Source: an uncultured Gemmatimonadales bacterium | GTDB lineage: Bacteria > Gemmatimonadota > Gemmatimonadetes > Longimicrobiales > RSA9 | Direction: 5' to 3' | Assembly: GCA_963816355.1 (NCBI GenBank) | Contig: CAWFKH010000003.1 | Coordinates: 1,504,001 to 1,568,000 of the forward strand | Length of the DNA: 64,000 bases | Shown: positions 59,386-64,000 of the stretch, in pieces | How the letters are laid out: each line of letters opens with the position of its first letter | Position numbering within the stretch: position 1 is the first letter of the stretch | Notes under the pieces: generated by a model | What the model saw: the letters and a program-made list of their open reading frames with translations, nothing else | Told to the model about the DNA's origin: nothing | Database searches by the model: none | Position numbers and translations under genes: made by a program

Positions 59386-60402
59386 TCATTCAACGGCAGC
59401 GGCTCCTTCGACATGGCGGGACCGGCCATCCGCCTGCCGCGTTCGGACGCCCAGCGCGATTCCCGCCAGCGTGATCGCACCGCCCACGACCGTCTGCACG
59501 GGCGGGCGCTCGGCGATCGCCGGCAGCGCCCACGCGAGCAGCGTCGCCCCCACCGCCTCACCGAGCAGCGCCAGATTCGCGACGTACGCCGGAACGTAGC
59601 GCAGCGCGTAGTTGACGCCGGTGTGACCCAGCATCATCGGACCCAGTGCCAGCAGCGCGAAGACGCCCCAGTCGGAAGGCGCGTACCCGAACAGCGGTGT
59701 CGCCGTTGCGGCTGCGGCGACGAGCAGCGTCGCCGCGGTCACGCCATACACGATCCCGGTGTAGGTCCAGATGCCGAGCCGCGGCCGCAGACGGCGGCCG
59801 ATGACGAAATAGCCCGATCCGAAGAGGGCGCCGGCCAGCGCGAGGCCGTCGCCGAGAAGCGGATCGCGCCCGCGCCCCAGGTCGCCGCCGCCGATCACGA
59901 CCGCGCCCGCGACCGCGACGGCGATGCCGATCCACTGCCGCGGCGTGGGGCGCTCGCGCAGGCCGACCGCGGACAGCGTTCCCACGAAGATCGGCTGCAT
60001 CGAGACGAGGACGACGGAGCTGGCCACGCTCGTGTAGCGGAGCGACGCGATCCAGCTCCAGAAGTGGCCGGCGAGGAGGAGCCCGGCGACGAGCACGAGA
60101 GCGGTGTCGCCGCGTCGCAGCCGCGCCGGCGCGTGCGCCGAGCGCGTCGCGGCGGCCAGGACCCCGACCAGGGCCACCGAGAAGACGAGCCGCCACGCCG
60201 CGATCGCGAGGGCCGGCGCCGCGGTGAAGCGGACGAGCGGCCCGGACCAGCTCACCGCGGCGACCGCGACCGCGAGCGCGAGCGCCGGCGGAACCGCGGG
60301 GCGGCTCGAAGCTCGTCTCTCTCGCGCCCGCTGCGCCACGGCGCCTCTCCGGACAGGGGTCCTTGCCCGCGCAGCCTGCGCCGATCGGGAAGGAGTTAGC
60401 AT
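59386..60402 (-). CDS. DMT/EamA family transporter
   Basis: About 10 TM helices, TSVASS, GDGLAL.GA, LGHTGVN; start uncertain. Confidence 0.85.
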   Translation of the reverse strand: MLTPSRSAQAARARTPVRRGAVAQRARERRASSRPAVPPALALAVAVAAVSWSGPLVRFTAAPALAIAAWRLVFSVALVGVLAAATRSAHAPARLRRGDTALVLVAGLLLAGHFWSWIASLRYTSVASSVVLVSMQPIFVGTLSAVGLRERPTPRQWIGIAVAVAGAVVIGGGDLGRGRDPLLGDGLALAGALFGSGYFVIGRRLRPRLGIWTYTGIVYGVTAATLLVAAAATATPLFGYAPSDWGVFALLALGPMMLGHTGVNYALRYVPAYVANLALLGEAVGATLLAWALPAIAERPPVQTVVGGAITLAGIALGVRTRQADGRSRHVEGAAAVE

Positions 60403-60440
60403 GCCCCCCGGGCCACGAGCGTGCAAGCCTCACCGGCGCG

Positions 60441-60472
60441 AAAAAGGGGACGCCGTGCACGGCGCCCCCCTT
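60441..60472 (-). terminator. intrinsic terminator downstream of the S41 protease
   Basis: GC-rich hairpin (GGGGCGCCGT-GC-ACGGCGTCCCC) followed by TTTTT on the minus strand. Confidence 0.75.
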
Positions 60473-60494
60473 CGCCTCCGGTCCCGCCGCGGGA

Positions 60495-62162
60495 TCAGCG
60501 GTTTCCGCCCGGCGCCGCACCACCGTTGCCGATCGCCGCCCGCGGCAGCCGGATCCGGTCGGCGAGCGCGAAGACCGACTTCGGCGTCGTCGCGCGCTCG
60601 AGCACCTGCAGCGCCACCTTCACCTGCGGGTCCGCCGCGTTGAGGCGCTTGCGCAGGCCGAGCTGGCCCCACTTGTCACGCGCAATCTCGAGCGCGATGC
60701 GGTCGCCGATCGCCCCGCTCGCGGCATCGAACACGCCGCGCTCGATGTCGATCCCCTGCTTCTGCAACGCGCCGTAGAAGCCGTCGAGAAGCTGCGGCGT
60801 CACGGGGAAGCCGGGCTGCAGGCCGGGATGGTCGTGCGCGTAGCGGACCGCGTACGCGTAGAGCACGTCGAAGAACTTCGAACCGTACTTCTCCACGGCC
60901 CTGCCCAGCGCACGCTCGTCCACCGTCACCGTGTCGGAGGCCACCGTCAGGTCCGGCGTGATGCCACCGCCGCCGCGCACGCTGCGCCCCATGTCGGTGT
61001 GGTAGATGTGGGCCGCGGCCGTGTCGTTCTTCGCGACGTCCGCCGAATCCTCCCGGACGCTCGCGTCGGCGATGAGCACGTCCGGATGGTCGCTGTTGAA
61101 CGGCTTCTGAATCGATCTGCCGGACGGCGTATACCACCGCCCCGTCGTGAGCTTCAGCACGTTGCCGCCCGAGAGCTGATAGATCGTCTGCACCGAGCCC
61201 TTCCCGTACGTCGTCTGGCCCACGATCAGCGCCCGGTCGTGATCCTGCAGCGCGCCCGAGAAGATCTCCGCCGCCGACGCGCTGAACGGATTCACCAGCA
61301 GCACGAGCGGCAGGTCCGGGTAGCGGTCCGCCGTCTCGGCGAGGAAGCGCTGATTCATCGTGCGGACGCGGCTGCGCGTCTCCACCACCGTCTTGCCCCG
61401 CTCCAGGAAGAGGTCCGATAGCGAAACGCCCTGCTCGAGCAGCCCGCCCGGATTGTTGCGCAGGTCGATCACCAGCGCCTTCATCCCCTTCGTCTTCAGC
61501 TTCTCGATGGCCTCGCGCATCTCGTCCGTGGAGCTCTGCGCGAACACGGTCAGGTCGAGGTAGCCCACCCGGTCGTTCAGCATATACGACGTGGGCACGG
61601 ACTGGACGTGCACCTCCTGCCGCACGATGTGGAACGGGATCGGCTGGTCCCCTCCGACGCGCGCCACCTTGATGTCGACGGGCGCGCCGACCGCGCCGCG
61701 CAGGCGGCCGACGGCGTCGTCGATCGTCCAGCCCCGCGTCGACTCGCCGTCCACCTGGATGATGCGGTCGCCCGCCTGCAGCCCCGCCTTCTCCGCCGGC
61801 GTGCCCGGCAGCGGCGAGATCACCGTCACCCAGCCGTCCCGTACGTCGACCTCGATGCCGAGACCGCCGTACTGGCCCTCCGTCTGGATGCGGAGCTTCT
61901 CGTAGTCCGACGGCGTCATGAACGCGGTGTGCGGATCGCCCAGCTCCTGGATCATCCCGTCGATCGCCATCCGATACAGGTCGGAAGGCTGCTTCGCTTC
62001 CACGAAGTCGTCCGAGATGCGGTGCAGCACCTCCTCGAAGAGGCGCGCCTGCATGTAGACGTTCTGCTCGGGCTTCGCCCCCCGCTGCAGGAACCACCCG
62101 CCCGTCATCAGACCGATCGCCCCGACGACGAGGGGTGCGACGAGTGTCCGCTTGATCCTCAT
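60495..62162 (-). CDS. ctpA: S41 family carboxy-terminal processing protease (PDZ)
   Basis: DPHT, GLGI, DLRNNPGG, SASAAEI, TYGKGSVQ. Confidence 0.93.
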   Translation of the reverse strand: MRIKRTLVAPLVVGAIGLMTGGWFLQRGAKPEQNVYMQARLFEEVLHRISDDFVEAKQPSDLYRMAIDGMIQELGDPHTAFMTPSDYEKLRIQTEGQYGGLGIEVDVRDGWVTVISPLPGTPAEKAGLQAGDRIIQVDGESTRGWTIDDAVGRLRGAVGAPVDIKVARVGGDQPIPFHIVRQEVHVQSVPTSYMLNDRVGYLDLTVFAQSSTDEMREAIEKLKTKGMKALVIDLRNNPGGLLEQGVSLSDLFLERGKTVVETRSRVRTMNQRFLAETADRYPDLPLVLLVNPFSASAAEIFSGALQDHDRALIVGQTTYGKGSVQTIYQLSGGNVLKLTTGRWYTPSGRSIQKPFNSDHPDVLIADASVREDSADVAKNDTAAAHIYHTDMGRSVRGGGGITPDLTVASDTVTVDERALGRAVEKYGSKFFDVLYAYAVRYAHDHPGLQPGFPVTPQLLDGFYGALQKQGIDIERGVFDAASGAIGDRIALEIARDKWGQLGLRKRLNAADPQVKVALQVLERATTPKSVFALADRIRLPRAAIGNGGAAPGGNR

Positions 62163-62291
62163 CCGACCTCCACGAATGCGCCGGCCGCACGCCGCTTCGA
62201 GCGGGGCGGCCGTTCCGCGATCCCTTCACAGACCCTGGGCGACGGGATTTGTTTCAGACGTGCCGCTCCCCGCCGACGCGCTGTGCGAGGC

Positions 62292-62306
62292 GCAAGGCGT
62301 ATGCCT
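62292..62306 (-). promoter_or_regulatory. sigma-54-type promoter motif upstream of the S41 protease
   Basis: AGGCATACGCCTTGC (GG-N10-GC). Confidence 0.5.
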
Positions 62307-62315
62307 CCCCAGCGC

Positions 62316-63629
62316 CTACTCGTAATACTCGAGGCCGAGGTGCGTGATCTGCTCCTCGCCCCGCAGGTGTCGCAGCGTGTTCTTCAGCTTGATGTGCTGG
62401 ATGAAGAGATCGTGCTCGGGGTAGAGCTCGGGCGCGGTCATCGGGCTCTTGAAGTAGAAGGAGAGCCACTCCTGGACGCCGCTCATGCCGGTGCGGCCGG
62501 CGAGGTCCATGAACAGGGCGAGGTCGAGCACGATCGGCGCGGCGAGAATGGAGTCGCGGCAGAGGAAGTCGATCTTGATCTGCATCGGGTAACCCATCCA
62601 CCCGAAGATGTCCAGATTGTCCCACCCCTCCTTGTTGTCGCCCCGCGGAGGGTAGTAGTTGATGCGCACCTTGTGGTAGACGTCGCCGTAGAGGTCCGGA
62701 TAGAGGTCCGGCTGCAGGATGTAGTCGAGCACCCCCAGCTTCGACTCCTCCTTCGTCTTGAACGACATCGGGTCGTCCAGCACCTCGCCGTCCCGGTTCC
62801 CCAGGATGTTCGTGCTGAACCAGCCGCTCAGCCCCAGCATGCGCGCCTTCAGTCCGGGCGAGATGATCGTCTTGATCATCGTCTGGCCCGTCTTGAAGTC
62901 CTTGCCCGCGAGCGGAACGCGCTTCTGCCGCGCGAGCTCCCGGATCGCCGCGATGTCGACGGTCAGGTTGGGAGCGCCGTTCGCGAACGGAACACCCTCC
63001 ATGAGCGCCGCGTAGGCGTACACCATCGAGGGCGCGATCGCGGGCGAATTCGCCTTCATCGCCGCCTCGAACGCCTCCAGCGACGCGTGCTCCGGCCCCG
63101 CCTTCATGAAGATCTCCGTCGAGCCGCACCACACCATCACGAGACGCGCGCACTCCTGCTCCGCCTTGAAGCGCCGGATGTCCTCCCGGAGCTGCTCGGC
63201 GAGCTCCATCTTGTCGGCGCCCTTCTTGACGTTCTCGCCGTGGATCCGCTTGACGTACTCCGGGTCGAAGACGGCGGGCATCGGGCGGATCTGGCGCAGG
63301 AAGTCCGCGAGCGGCTCGACGTCGTCCCGGTCCAGGACGCGCGCCTTCAGCGCGCTGTCGTAGGCATCGTCGGGGATCGGGTCCCAGGCGCCGAAGACGA
63401 GCTGGTCCAGCTCCGCGAGCGGAACGAACTCCTTGATCTTCGGCTGCCGGTTCTCCGTCCTCTTGCCGAGGCGGATGTTGCCCATCTGCGTCAGCGAGCC
63501 GATCGGCTTCGCGCGGCCGCGGCGGATCGCCTCCACCCCCGCCACGAAGGTCGTGGCCACGGCGCCGAGGCCCACGAGCAGGACGCCGAGCCGCCCGTCG
63601 GCCGGCTGGATATCACGTGCGTTCGTCAA
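62316..63629 (-). CDS. ino1: myo-inositol-1-phosphate synthase
   Basis: GLGAVATT, WCGSTE, GKDFKTGQT, NILGNRDG, CRDSILAAP, FKSP; TTG start after GAGGA. Confidence 0.95.
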   Translation of the reverse strand: MTNARDIQPADGRLGVLLVGLGAVATTFVAGVEAIRRGRAKPIGSLTQMGNIRLGKRTENRQPKIKEFVPLAELDQLVFGAWDPIPDDAYDSALKARVLDRDDVEPLADFLRQIRPMPAVFDPEYVKRIHGENVKKGADKMELAEQLREDIRRFKAEQECARLVMVWCGSTEIFMKAGPEHASLEAFEAAMKANSPAIAPSMVYAYAALMEGVPFANGAPNLTVDIAAIRELARQKRVPLAGKDFKTGQTMIKTIISPGLKARMLGLSGWFSTNILGNRDGEVLDDPMSFKTKEESKLGVLDYILQPDLYPDLYGDVYHKVRINYYPPRGDNKEGWDNLDIFGWMGYPMQIKIDFLCRDSILAAPIVLDLALFMDLAGRTGMSGVQEWLSFYFKSPMTAPELYPEHDLFIQHIKLKNTLRHLRGEEQITHLGLEYYE

Positions 63630-64000
63630 TGCGTTCCTCGTTCGTTGTCGCCGCCGCCGTCGCCGGCTCGTCGAGCGGCACGCCCGCGGCATGCTGATAG
63701 ACCCAGACGATGCGCTGGAACGCGGTGATGTTGGTCAGGACCGCGAGCACCACGATCGCGGCCTTCAGCACCAGGCCGTTCCAGTCTTCACCGAACAGGA
63801 GAGCGCTCACGCCGAGAAGCACCACGCGCTCGGCACGCGGCATCAGGCCGACGCGGCAATCGAGGCCGAGCGTCTCGGCGCGGGCCCGAGTATAGCTCAC
63901 CATCAGGGACCCCGCCATGGCGAGCATGATGAGGTAGATCATCCCCACGTCGCCCAGCTCGACGCGGTAGTCGTTGTAGAGCGAAAGCAGCCCGAAATAG
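63613..64000 (-). CDS. CDP-alcohol phosphatidyltransferase (PI/PIP synthase-like), 5' end outside the window
   Basis: SLMVSYTRARAE, GLMPRAER, TAFQRI motifs; overlaps the ino1 start. Confidence 0.85.
   Translation of the reverse strand, partial: YFGLLSLYNDYRVELGDVGMIYLIMLAMAGSLMVSYTRARAETLGLDCRVGLMPRAERVVLLGVSALLFGEDWNGLVLKAAIVVLAVLTNITAFQRIVWVYQHAAGVPLDEPATAAATTNEERIDERT

Overview
Very GC-rich bacterial chromosomal segment. Gene content and order suggest Gemmatimonadota (inference, not database-checked). It holds about 60 CDS, almost all on the minus strand from 6.6 kb onward, plus one tRNA(CAT). Most of the window is core housekeeping: ftsB-eno-plsC-thiL-nnr, glyA, Leu dehydrogenase/acyl-CoA dehydrogenase/hbd/thiolase, arcA, rex, rsmA, an RsbU/W/V-type partner-switch module, pta-coaD-rsmD-recJ, dnaG-mutS2-yqeY-HIT, prmA, dnaJ-hrcA-hemW, an M16 peptidase pair, dprA-obgE, asparaginase II, ctpA, and ino1 with a CDP-alcohol phosphotransferase. 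The first 6.5 kb, downstream of the tRNA 3' end, looks accessory (PadR + ADOP permease, PQQ-repeat lipoprotein, small dockerin-like ORF). I found no CRISPR array, integrase, transposase or phage genes. The most notable signals are: (i) rex is frameshifted in a G7 run yet keeps a perfect Rex operator and heads a coupled rex-arcA-exonuclease-MBL operon; (ii) six correctly oriented sigma-54-type -24/-12 motifs lie in intergenic regions; (iii) a flippase-like + GMC + Gfo/Idh/MocA trio may be an uncharacterised envelope sugar/lipid modification module; (iv) a histidine kinase has a degenerate ATPase domain; (v) there is an inositol-phospholipid synthesis pair. No clearly new system can be proven from sequence alone. 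Start codons were adjusted by eye from the ORF track.
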